This document shows, piece by piece, positions 11,821 to 23,735 of a stretch of 64,000 nucleotides of DNA. The notes beneath the pieces were generated by a model, which saw only the letters and a list, made by a program, of their open reading frames with translations, did no database searches and was not told the DNA's origin. Position 1 is the first letter of the stretch. Each line of letters begins with the position of its first letter. Source of the stretch: Heteronotia binoei (Eukaryota); contig NC_083228.1 in the NCBI RefSeq assembly GCF_032191835.1, positions 91,388,001 through 91,452,000 on the forward strand. Reading direction: 5' to 3'. The position numbers were made by a program, and so were the translations under genes.

Positions 11821-13982
11821 AGCAAAAAGGTATAAAGAGTTATCTCTCAGCTGCACTTTTTGTAGCCAGTTTGGGTCTCATCCTGTTACCTCAGCCACTT
11901 GATTGACTTCAGTCACTTTGTTTCACCAGTCTTCTCTCCAAGAGCAGAGTTGTATGTCTCATCCCCCCCCCCCCCCACTTTTACCTTTATTCCTCAGTAG
12001 GTAGGGAGTTCTGCTAGGGAAAAGTTTTGTGTTGCATTTAGTTCACATTTTACTTTTCTGTAATTTTATTTTTGTTCTTATTTCCTTTTATAATTTTTTT
12101 TTAAACCCTTCCATTTAACAGTCTTTTCTTCTCATTTTTATGAGTGTTGATCTGAATCTGGATCTTGATATACACGTTAAATCCCCATTATCAAAGTACC
12201 TAAAATAGATGTGTTTGTTCCTGACATGGGTAGACTGATTTGGGTAACAATGTCTAGTACCTCATATTCTCTAGTAAGAAGTCCTCGAACCCAAAAGTGT
12301 CTCAGATGCCTTCTAAACCTTTATGTTAAACTTTCCCTGTTAAGTTTTTTTTGCTACTCCTGATTTTGATTTACATTCAGGGGCTGTTCATTTATGCAAG
12401 CGCTTAAAGAGGTTTTAAAGGAGATTGTCTTTTGTTCCTCATGAAACCCCTTTTGATTTTTCCTATATCCATTTAATCACTCAATTCCCTTTTCTTCTCT
12501 CAGACTGTTGAATTCAAATTATATTGTTTATATACAGCCTCAGAGTGCCCTGTCAATCCTGTAACACTGGTTGCAGAAAGAATCATAGGAATTTACATTG
12601 CTCCTTAGCAGCCACGAAGAAAGATGCAGAGTGGTGGGAGTAGTGATGCTTTTGTCCACTGATTATGCTGGATCCATAGTCTAGATAGACTAATGTTATT
12701 ACATCATTGTACAAATCATTTCCCATAATAGGCAAGAATGTCTTAGACGTACGAGGTGGGAAGCTAATAGGAATGCTAGTTACTGAGTGTGGGTTGAATG
12801 GAAGATAAACAGTCTGAAGAGCTACGATGTCAGTGCATGGCAGATAAATGTGACTTGGTAGTTCAAAAGGATAGGAGTAGATCCAAGTCAGTCAAAAGTA
12901 GTTTCTAAATGCTGAACAGGCTGAAAATCACACAAACAAAACAGGTGCCATTTCTGCAAGTACCATTAGATGGTGGTACTCACTCCATGGCTTGCAGAGA
13001 GTCACATTTGTATTGACCATCACCCAAAAGAGTGACATGAATATTGTGTGCTACCACATCAAATACACAATATAAGCTGTGTAACTATTAATATTAAGTA
13101 TAAAACTATAACTCTTTTATTACCAGATGACTTCTGAGAATGTGGAGTTGTCTCCGCCATTGTTGATCCTTAGCTGGCCCTTGCATATGTAGCAAGAGGG
13201 GAAGGGCTTCCCTCTCTGTCTTCTCAGTCCACCCTCACATGAAAGTGAGTGAGAGCATGAGACTGCCAAGGCTCCTGGCTGTGGAGAAAAGGGAGTGGCC
13301 AGATTACTTTTTTGCTTGGAGCCACAGTGGTTTTACCCTTTGTCCTGCTTGCTCTATACCCAGCAGCTGTCTGAGTGCTGTGATGAGAAGGTGAAGGCTG
13401 CAAAGAAGGGTGGAGGGTTGTTGGAGAGGATGGACCCTTTACTTCCAACCCTGGGATGAGGCCTCCTGCTTGGGGAGGCTTGCAGCTTCCCAGTCCTCCA
13501 GTCCCTTTTCCAGCAGCTATTTCAAGGTGCAAACAGCTGCAAACCATTAGCCCCACTGGGCAATAGCCTTCTCTGCTTTCCTGGAGCATGAGGCTGGTGC
13601 CACATTTGGGAATGGAAGAGCCATAGATCACATATCAAAGAGCCACATGTGGTTCCCAAGGCACTGAGTATCACTGCTCTAACACAAATAAAATAAAGTT
13701 AAATAAAAGACCAGAAGACCCAGATAACCGTCTCCTGTATGTTCAGCTTTTCTAAAAAAAAAAAGAACAGGCATGATAAATACAGTACAGGTTGCTGTTT
13801 TTAAGAGTGTACTTTGAATAAATAAGTCCTGTTTCTGCAGTAATGCACTTACTTGCAGACACAAGTACAGACACTTCATTTCAGCAAAAGACATTGTGGA
13901 CATCTGCCAAGCAATGAGGACATCAAATAATCAAGTACTCAAATAATTTCTTGAATGTTTGTTTTGCAGGTATAGTTATAAG

Positions 13983-14177
13983 CAATGTTCCCTCTAAGCT
14001 GTGGAGTCCTGTGTGCAAAAAATTCTACTTTGTGAGCTACTGGTATTAAAGTTGTGAGCTGCTGCATAAATTAGTTTGCTCTAGGGCCATTTTTCCTGAG
14101 CTAAGACAAAAATGTGTGAGCTAGAGGCTAAAAAACTGTGAGCTAGCTCACACTAACTCAGCTTAGAGGGAACATTG
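13983..14177. mobile_element. hAT MITE, 195 bp
   Basis: Perfect 19-bp TIR caatgttccctctaagctg / cagcttagagggaacattg and perfect 8-bp TSD gttataag (13975-13982, 14178-14185). Confidence 0.95.
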
Positions 14178-15101
14178 GTTATAAGTCAGAATTTGAATGA
14201 TGTCAGTTTGGATGACAAATAAATGTTGGTAGATTAAATCATGACATGGCTTTCCTGGGTGCCAGTTCTAGCTGGATGTACTGCATTAGAAAACAAAACA
14301 AACACACACACACACACCCAAAAAAAAACCCTGGTCCTGACTCCTGCGGTGTTCCATTAAGCTACCCATGCCACTTGTTTCCCAAATGTAAATAGCCGCA
14401 TAGAAAGTACAGATGTGATACAGTGATTCTCAGTTTCTGGAGGTCTGTAAGGGAAAGGGGTGGGATGACAGCAGCTGCATTCAGAGCAAGAATGTGGTAA
14501 AATTGATGCCACAACAATTCTGTACTATCACAGAAGTTTAGACCACAGTACTTTTTAAGTCTTCAGATACTGTGGTTAATTAATGCACCTTTTCCTATAA
14601 GATGGGCAAGTGGAGAGATCAGAGTGGGGGGCTGGATATTCTTCGGCACAGAAGGCAGTCTTGGAGCTTTCCCCCCTTTCTCTCACTCAACCCAAAGCTT
14701 CCACATCACTTACAAGGGAGGCCTGCACTTCAGTGGAATTTCCTTGCACCAGGTGCTCAAGTGATGTAATGGCTAGCACCGCACATTTAATAATTAGCCC
14801 CAGTTGAGAAAACCTGGTGCAGATGGGTAAACACAGCTGAACATCCTAATGCTTGCCTGGAGACTACTTACATTTTTGCTAGTATCCATTCAAATAATTA
14901 ATAATGTTTTATATTTTCAAGCATTCAGAATGATTGCAAAATGTATACACTCAGATGCCTGACTTCCTCCTCACCAGTTCTGAACTTAATTTTTGAATCC
15001 TTCTATTCCCTCCCATATTTCATTGAGCTTTTTGTATGTTTGCTTTTCAGGTACAACTTCCTGTCTGAAGTTGATCTTCCCAACCTGATGTATCATACAT
15101 T

Positions 15102-15750
15102 ATGGTTCATGTTAACTTGGTTAAAAAATGGATGTATGTCCTCCTTGCTTTTCTAGTAGTTCTGACTATTTGTCTGTGGAAGGAAACACGAAAAGGTTAT
15201 TATGTTTCTTTAAAAGAAGAAAGCCGAACTGAGCAAGTACATATGATATTATGGAAATGGAGCATTCCAAACCAACAGTATGTCTATCATAAAGCTGTCA
15301 ACAATTCTAACAAGGCCATTTGGTCAACCAATGCATCCCAAGTCACAATTAAAAAAAAAATTCTTGTAACACAAGCAGTAAATAACTTAGTAACAAACCC
15401 CAAAAAACCAACAGGTTCCATAAAAGTGTGGAACAAGGACAGTTCATCCAAAAATCTCACCCCTAGACTGCAAAAGGTGAGGAAAAACTACCTGGCTATG
15501 AACAAATATCATGTGAACTACACTGGAGCAAGAAATGCTGCTAAACTCAGCCCTGAGAAACTGCTATGCCAGCTCCAGAAACGACTGAATTTTCGAATGA
15601 TACAGGCATCAGACGGTCCTTTCAATACATCAGAATGGGAAACCTACCTGCCAAGGAGAAACATTAGCATGGAACTTGGCCAGCTGGGCCAATGCGCAGT
15701 AGTGTCCTCAGCAGGATCTATGAAGTCTTCCCACTTAGGACCAGAAATAG
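15102..15750 (+). CDS. ST6GAL1: ST6GAL1 coding exon 1 (cytoplasmic tail, TM anchor, stem, start of sialylmotif L); exon begins at 15051
   Basis: MVHVNLVKKW-TM-WKE...KVWNKDSSSKNLTPRLQKVRKNYLAMNKY...PFNTSEWE...CAVVSSAGSMKSS. Acceptor tgcttttcag at 15050, donor atag|gt at 15750/15751 (phase 1). WNKDSSSKNL is ST6GAL1-type. Confidence 0.97.
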
Positions 15751-16789
15751 GTTTGTATTATAGATCTATAACAATAGAAGCAATAGAATATTGATCACAT
15801 CTTTTTACTTTTCTAGTTTCATTTTTATAGAGTCAGACTGATAACTTATTGTATATTCACTGGATGTACTGGTATGGCTATTTCCCCCCTCAGTTTTCAG
15901 TGACTATAAATGTCTCTTAGGCACTGAACATAGGAACCACCTGTAAATAAGGGATAGTAATACTAACGTATGGATGAGCTGTTGTAAGGAGTTAATATAT
16001 GTGGACAAGTACTTTTAGATTGGAATCTACTACTTCTACTGGTAGTAGCATATTCCTCTGGCACAAATCTTCCTTCACTGATACAGGGGGCTTTTCCTCT
16101 GGCAGAAGAGCTTCTTGCATCAGCCTGAGGGATCTTTACACTGGAGGAACACACCACTGCCCATGGAATAGAATTATAAGATCCAGCCCATTTGTATTAA
16201 GTCCAAGCTGCAGGGCTCCTCAGTGGCAAAAAAGGGGGATTGCAGCAGTATCAGCTACTGTTGATGCATTACAAGTTGTATTAATTTGGCTAACTAAAGT
16301 TCTTTGCCAGTATGAGATATTCTTCATGAGCTTTAAGCTAAACCCAACACTGTCCTCTTATAGAAGAATAGCAGCAATGTAGCCGTTTCCCATTATTAGT
16401 TGCCTTTATGGAATAGCAGTTAGGACATATGATTTCTCCCCTCACTGTTTTGTGACAGCCTTGGAAAAAGTTATTTTTTAAGTTGGCAAGTTTTTTGTTT
16501 AGTCTAAATGCATTGATGTGGTGTGCAAGTTAGGGTAATATGAAATAATTTTTTTTAAATTTTGGTTGCTATTTCTGACTTTAGGTGATAGCCAGAATTA
16601 TGTGGCTGAAAGGAAATCAGAGAAAGGAAAGCATTTAGCAAGAGGTTTTTTATATATAATTGTGGTAGTTTTGGAGTTGTTAGTTGACTGCATAACTGAG
16701 CAGTCAGATACTGTCAGTTGGTTATCTGTTATTTCACTGCCATTGTATAGTTTCATTATAAAGTAAATAACATGAAGTCTAGTAAGAGA

Positions 16790-17045
16790 GACCTCAGGGG
16801 AGGAACCTCAGAAGGGTATAAAGCCACAGACCACATTCCAAAGCAGCCATTTCCTCCAGAAGAACTAGGATTACCACCCTCCAGTTGGGCTGGGGATCTC
16901 CAGGACTTACAGCTCCAGATGACAGAGATCAGTTCCATTGGAGAAAATGGCTACTTTGGAGAGTGGATTCTATGGCATTATGCCCTGCTGAGGTTGCTTC
17001 CCACTGCAAACCTCCCAAGCCCCCTCCCCCCAAATATCTCCAGGA
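16790..17045. mobile_element. hAT-type MITE remnant
   Basis: gagatcagttccattggagaaaatggctactttggagagtggattctatggcattat body, partly duplicated at 16820-16865. The family is recognised from memory and the termini are eroded. Confidence 0.5.
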
Positions 17046-17674
17046 AAAGGATAGAGACTATACGCTTTCATGAAAACTGAAAGAGGAAAAGGTGCGGGAG
17101 GGGAATTAAGATGTCTCTTGCAGTTCCTTGTGGGTTCTTGCTTGCTAATGATAATGTCACTGCATCTACACAAGGGGAGTGCAAGAAATCCCAGAACTTT
17201 TTGTTCAGGTCTATTGAATCCGGGAAAAAAATGGTGTTCCAGAAAAATCCCAGATCCCAATACCTGTATGTATTGAGATCTGGGATTTTTTTTTATCTAA
17301 AAGACCTGAAAAAAAATACCAGCTTTAAAAACCCTGGGGCTAGTCCACCTCTCTTTGTTGGTATTGTTTAATACTACAGAATGGCTGACATGTGAGTTTT
17401 CATGATCCATTACCTTCTGCTTGCAAAAATGGGGATCTCTGAGCACAGGTACAGCATGTTGCTATTCTGTGGTTCTGGGGAGGAGATGTTGGGCAGCTGC
17501 TATTTTAGTGGTAGCCATGTGGCTCCCTTAAGCTCTGGCTTTAGCTTTTTATATGCTTCACGAACCCAGTAAATTTCCAGCAGATTATATAGGAAGTCAT
17601 ATCATTGGGAATCTTAGCAACAAGGCTTATTCCTTTTGCTTTTGTTCTCTCACACCTTATTTTGCTATTTTCAG

Positions 17675-17772
17675 ATGGCCACAATGCAGTGTTGCGTTTT
17701 AATGGGGCCCCTACCAGAGGATTTCAGGCTGATGTAGGGGAAAAAACAACAATACGTCTTATCAATTCCCAG
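17675..17772 (+). CDS. ST6GAL1: ST6GAL1 coding exon 2 (sialylmotif L, second half)
   Basis: tttcag|AT GGC CAC AAT...(D)[32 protein letters not shown]|gtaagt; 98 nt, phase 1 to 0. Confidence 0.97.
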
Positions 17773-19216
17773 GTAAGTCTGCCTTTATAGATGCAAACCA
17801 AGAAACTACAAAAGGGGACACATTCTGCGGGTTTTAATGAGGACCTAGCTGCAGCTCTTTTTGCTTGGCAGACTTGTCCGTAATACAAGGAACTGTGAGT
17901 AAGAATAGTAGTGGAAAATAGAAGAATTGGCAGTTTCAGCTCTTTTGTTGCATTTGCACATGAACAGAGCCTATGGAGATAAAAGGACTGCCTCCAACCC
18001 TGCATAACAAGGTTTAAAATGCTAGTTGCATGGATACGGACAGTGAAGAAGTGGGGGGAAAACACAGTTTGACAAAGAATTTGATACCTAAGCTCTGTAG
18101 GCCTTTATTTACTCCTGCTTCTGGTAGGTGAGGCAGCCCCAGCTGTGTAGATATTCCCTTTGGGTTGAATCACAGAAATCTTGTGGTACATCATACAACA
18201 AAAATAAAGCCTCTCATTTATTTTGCAGCCGTCCTTCCTATAAGGTAATTGGTAGGTGCATCTTAACACTTTCTTAACTCCAGGGCTTTTCATTTATTTC
18301 TGAGTCTTATCTCTGGTGGATTTCGCAGCCAAGCCACCACATGCATCTCAGAGTATTAAAAGTTTTTAGTTTTGCTTGTCACTATTTCTGAGAGTATCAG
18401 AGTTCCTTTTGCACCGTGCGGAGCCAATACCTTTCAGGTCCATCCCATGCCACAAAGTTAGCCTCAGGCTTTCTAGGATGTCGCAGCACCTGCCCATGCT
18501 GGCACTGCTGCAGTTTCTAGGAATGGCTACACTGACAAACAAGAAGCTCCAGACTGGGCTCCTTTCATGTAGCCTTGAAGTTCTGACATTAGCCAAAAGT
18601 GCATTTGCTCCCCTCCCCCTTAAAAGACCATGTGCAAAAAGGGCCAGCAAATGGACTGCAGTTAGATGACGAACTTCCGTGAGTGATATCTTAACCCAAA
18701 CTCCTTTCTAGAGATAAATAAAAGAAGAGATACAAATCATGTTCCTCCATCGTAAAGTTCAAATTGTAGAGCAGATTTTACTTCCCTTCTCAATGCAGAA
18801 TACCTTTTAGTGAGAATGCTATATAAATTCACATAATCTGTAAAGTTCATTTCAAAGACTAAATCTGATCAGAGAAGAATATCATATTCTCTGGAGCGAA
18901 TCTTTCATTAGTAATTGTCACCACTGTAAAGTTTCTGCGCTGTGCACACAGTTCTGTTTGAATACATGATGTTACCCAAGAGAATCCCATGTTCTCTGCA
19001 GCTGTCTCCATCAAACAACTTGATTGATTAGAACAGCAGGAATAGGTGAAGCCCTCTGCATAAAATCCAAATGTGATGCTACAAGCAGAGCAGCTGAAAA
19101 CTAATCCTTTCTAAGGCACCTAACATTCGCAGCTGTATGAGCTGCACTATGGGGAATGTCTTTTCCAGTATTCCCTCCCTGGGTAAGGAGGAGAATAACT
19201 CAATTCTGTTAGGAAG

Positions 19217-19303
19217 AGAACAAAGTTAGAGTCCAGTGGCACCTTTAAAACCAACAATATTTTATTTAAGCTTTCATGTGCCACTGGACTCTAACTTTGT
19301 TCT
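19217..19303. repeat. Perfect 26-bp inverted repeat with 35-nt spacer, from the Penelope-like family
   Basis: agaacaaagttagagtccagtggcac (19217-19242) / gtgccactggactctaactttgttct (19278-19303). Confidence 0.9.
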
Positions 19304-20661
19304 GCTGCTACAGACCAGCATGGCTACCCATCTGGGTCTATTGGAAGGAGTTAGACCTTTATATACAGGGTGAAGTTAATATTAGTTGATGCACAAAAGT
19401 AGAGTGCCCTGTGAATGTATAGTAATGTTCATTAATCAGTGTAATAGCTAATACAGAACAGAAGCAGTAAGTGAGAATTAATAAGGAAGGCAAAGCCCAA
19501 ACAGTTTAGTTGCCAGTAAAACCAGGACTTGATTACGATCAGTGGAGTGGGGCAGGATGTGTAAATCTAGTAGCAGGTACATGGTTGCTGATGAAGAGCA
19601 AGAGAGGAACTACAATATTTCATGGGAGCAGGCTTGCAAAGTTGTTTGAATTATTGGTGCCTAGCACTCAGCTAAAAATAGCCAGAAGTGCTTGGGTGAT
19701 AAGACGTTAATAAGGCAGTTGAGTTACTGGATCAGCAAATTTGTTAGAGGAAGTTCATGAGAAACTGCCCTGTGCCTACAGTGCATAAAAAGCTCTGGAA
19801 GGTTAAGCTGATCAGCCCACAGCCCTTTAAAGGTGCTTCACATTTCAGCCTCCACTTCCCCTGATCCTGGACAATAACATGCACAATATTGTGTCTTGTG
19901 CTTTTTGCTGTAGTATAAAAACCAATGGTTTTCAAGCTTTGTACTTTGAACAAGCCCCTGCCACATTATCTTGTCTGCTGAATGAACTCTGCATGTTTAT
20001 TGCACAGTCCACTGGCTGTGTCTGTTAAACCCCCAGCCAGTGCATGTGACTGACACAATGACCCCAACACTCTTGAAATAGCCCTTAGTAATTACTTCTT
20101 AAAAACCAACAGCAAACAGATTCTTAGTGTGCCATTCATTGTGAAAAAAGTATCCAGTACAGTTTTAAAATACGGTCACTTGTCATCTTTCATTAGCCTC
20201 TCGTGTTGATTCAGGCAACTTCAGAATCCACTGGCCATATCAAAGAAAAGCCACTATTAACTTACAAGTCTTATTCATAAGTCAGATGTTCTTTTAAGAC
20301 CAAAGTATTAGCAGGTCACTTCTCAGGCAGAGAACTAAAGTCCTAAATGCTGTTATAAACAGCAACAAGCATATAGTAACTCCTTTTTCTCAGAGTACAA
20401 GGGAACAAGTGTGTATTGCATGTAGATGCATATACATGTTCTGTGAACCATATTCAAAGTTCCCACTTATATGCGTTTAAGCATCGGTACATGTGTGAGT
20501 CATAGCCTAGTGCCACTTCCTGCTGGATCTGTGGGTGGTGGAATAAACATATATAAGTGCTTCAAAGGTGATTATATATACTGCATGCAAAGGTGATAGA
20601 CAGGGAGCATTAGCTAGTATATCAGAAGGTAAAGGATTAATGGAGACACTTTGGTGTAGGA

Positions 20662-21015
20662 GAGCCAGTTTGGTGTAGTGGTTAAGGGTGCGGACTCTTA
20701 TCTGGGAGAACTGGGTTTGATTCCCGACTCCTCCACTTGCACCTGCTAGCATGGCCTTGGGTCAGCCATAGCTCTGGCAGAGGTTGTCCTTGAAAGGGCA
20801 GCTGCTGTGAGAGCCCTCTCCAGCCCCACCCACTTCACAGGGTGACTGTTGTGGGGGAGGAAGGTAAAGGAGATTGTGAGCCGCTCTGAGACTCTTCGGA
20901 GTGGAGGGCGGGATATAAATCCAATATCTTCAATATCTATCTTCAATATATGAGCCGCCCTGAGCCTGCCTCGGTGGGGTAGGGCGGGATATAAATCGAA
21001 TAAAATAAAAAATAA
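20662..21015 (+). mobile_element. Squam3-like SINE (20662-20948) followed directly by an L2 3' tail (20951-21015)
   Basis: A/B boxes tggtgtagtgg / gggtttgattcc; ends gggcgggatataaatccaatatcttc, then gagccgccctgagcctgcctcggtggggtagggcgggatataaat. Confidence 0.88.
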
Positions 21016-21081
21016 ATCTACTTCATGTTCATAGCTAGATTTCAGTCCAGTATAACACTTGTAGGTCTCTTAAGGCACTAC

Positions 21082-21988
21082 TGTTAGCAGCCAGACCCTT
21101 CCTCTTGCTGAGGCACAGTTTATATCTAGAAAACTATAAACACTCCTCCTCATATATCATAAGTACAATACACTGCCTGGCCCAAAATGAAACCAGATTG
21201 ATGCCAGTTAGAAAATTAACCTGAACATGTAATTTAGAAATGTAGGAAAGAGTTGCTGGCTAGCTAACAACCTCCTCCCCATCCTAGAGACTTGCATATA
21301 GGACAGTGGATCTCCTCACCTTGAATTAGCCTCATCCACACCTAGCCTCACTTCCTCTCACCCATTTGCCCTAATTAAACACCGCTTTATACTATTCAGA
21401 AAAAAACTGATAGCTTTTCCCATCTGGTACTTACAGGGTCATCAAGCACCATTAATGGCTATAGTTCACTTCAGAAAAATCCATCAAGTGTTTCTAAACT
21501 CATTGTCCATCTCTGGACAAACCATCAAGTAATTGGTTTTGGAGCCAATACATCAGCTTGCCCCAGGGAGCATTTTGCCCTATAAAGTATGTCATTCTGC
21601 TCCATAGCACTGTGTATGTGTTCTTGGCCACACACCCCACTCCGTGGGTTCTCTTCTCTTCTCTTTGTGAAACGCTGACCATTTTGCAGCTGCTTCCTGG
21701 ACCTCCACAAGATTGGTAAATATTACCCTTCCCCCCAAAAAAGCTTTCCCTCTTTGCTCCCAGATTTCCTCTTAGCTAGCTTGTGTGTTTTCTGTGTGTT
21801 TGTATGTGTGTGTTTTGCCCTCTTATTTCTGTTTCAATAAAACCCTTTCCAGTTGAACATTTGACTGGTTTATTTTGAGAGTTCTCTAAAAGAAATATAT
21901 AGCCTGAGAATCTCAGCTACCCTTTCTTACTGTGTCTCCTATAAGCTAATTTCCCCAATTACATAGGAGACTGCGTCTTTGGGTAACA
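21082..21988 (+). mobile_element. Solo LTR (ERV/Gypsy type), 907 bp
   Basis: Termini TGTTA...TAACA and 4-bp TSD ctac (21078-21081, 21989-21992). It carries CCAAT (about 21544), TATAAA (about 21581) and AATAAA (about 21836), and it splits a Penelope-like repeat (taaggcactac|tggactc). Confidence 0.88.
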
Positions 21989-22732
21989 CTACTGGACTCA
22001 AATCTAGCTATTCTGCTGCACACCAGCGTGGCTACCCCCTGAAACAGTCTTCACATTCACAAACACTGCAACTCTTAACAGCTAGGCAGTAGGGATTGGT
22101 TAGACTGGAGCCTCTGGCTACTGCTGGTAGAAAGAATGCTGACCACAAACAGATGCACTAAGAACAGACTCATGGCACTGTAAATGTCTTTCAAGCTCTC
22201 TTTAATGCCTGTGTTTGTGATAGCACCCAGTGGCAACAGCAACAAGAGCCAAACAAGTAAACCAATGGGATTCCACTCTTGCTTGTCTTACCTCTCTCTG
22301 CTGCCTCCTGCTGTGCAACTGGGTGAGTGCAGTGTCTGTAGAAGGAAGCCTTGTATTTAAAAGAGCTCCTGATATGGTTGACCCCTTCATAAAGCCTGAA
22401 GATTAAGTTGCATTCGAGTTTTCTCTGTTCATCTCACTTTAGGTGGAAGGAGGGGACATTCAGACTAGTCAGTATCTCTAGCATTTGCACTATGTGGGCT
22501 TCACTGGAATACCAGAAAGACATGTACATTAAAGAGCTCAAAATATATTCAGAGTCCTATGAGGTTCTTTGATTTGTGTCTGTATTCAGCCTTAATCTGT
22601 TTCAGCATGGCGATTCCTACCTTCTTTCCTGACTTTTCATGAAATGGTGAGGTTCTTATTGATTAATGTTGCATGCTCAATGAAACTGTGTTTAAGTGAA
22701 CCAAACTAAAACACAGTAAATAGAGAACCCAG

Positions 22733-22852
22733 TGGGTTTACATTATCTCTCTTATTGTCCATGGCTAGATCTATGTAGATTTGGAGATACAATGGGTTTA
22801 CATTAACTCTCCTATTGTCCAAGGCTACATCTGTGTGGATTTGAAGATACAT
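22733..22852. repeat. 60-bp tandem duplication
   Basis: tgggtttacatta...agataca twice, with 8 mismatches in 60 bp. Confidence 0.85.
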
Positions 22853-23633
22853 ACCATGGCCAAGTAAATGGACTAGTTCTCCCAGAAAAATCCACCTTCC
22901 ATTTCAGTAGTAACTGTGCTAAAAATGTTTGAGTGTCATGAAACAATCTCAACTATAGTTACATCCTTCGAAACCATCATATATCTAATTTCCAACTATG
23001 GAATCAAAGCAATTGCAGGAATTTTAAAAAAATCGTAAGATTGGGGGACTACTCAGGGTTACTACTCAGGGTTACAGAGTTCCTGCAAACTGGAGAAACC
23101 TAAAAACACAAAGGTGGTAGGAAACTGAGTAACTGCAGGTGCAGGGTTTTTGTTGTTTTAAGTTACAGTATGGTGACCAAGACAACCTTGCAAAATCTCA
23201 GCCACTGTTTTGATTTGCTAAGCAACCCTATACAACGTTGCTGAGGGGTCATCGGCAGTGGCTTTAAGGCTGAAAGCAAGTGATGCAAACTTTCAGCCAC
23301 CACTGATCCCCAGGATAATAAAGACCCTGGTTGCCAAGTGACTTGGGTTGGAAGACATGTACCAAATGCCTCCAGCCCCAGGCCATCACTACTTGACCAG
23401 CAGGGTCTTTGTTGGTGGCTGGGAGCTGGAAGCACACAGGACATGTTTTGGTCCCAGGCCACCACTGATCACCTCACCAGCAAGTCCATGAAACAACTGG
23501 GCCAAGGACTAACAGAGAAGGGGAAAGGGGGATTTCCCCTCCCCTAGGAGTCCTCAGCTGGTGCTGTTTGATTTCCATGTGCATTTTAAATGGGGAACCA
23601 TGTATTAATCAGTGTCTCTTTTGTAATTCTCAG

Positions 23634-23735
23634 CTTCTTACTGTTGAAGAACAAAAGGTTATTACAGACTCACAATATAACACTGGAACCTTAATTGTAT
23701 GGGATCCGGCACCATATCATGCAGATATCTATGAG
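23634..23735 (+). CDS. ST6GAL1: ST6GAL1 coding exon 3
   Basis: ttctcag|[34 protein letters not shown]|gtaaga; 102 nt, phase 0 to 0. Confidence 0.96.

Noticed and set aside
13950-13982. Acceptor-like gttttgcag|g as another ST6GAL1 UTR exon
   Set aside because: It is followed immediately by a MITE and I found no convincing donor.
15751-15794. C-terminal extension GLYYRSITIEAIEY of ORF 15102..15794, and VSRTCY... of ORF 60360..60770
   Set aside because: Both are intron read-through past canonical donors (15750/15751 and 60537/60536).
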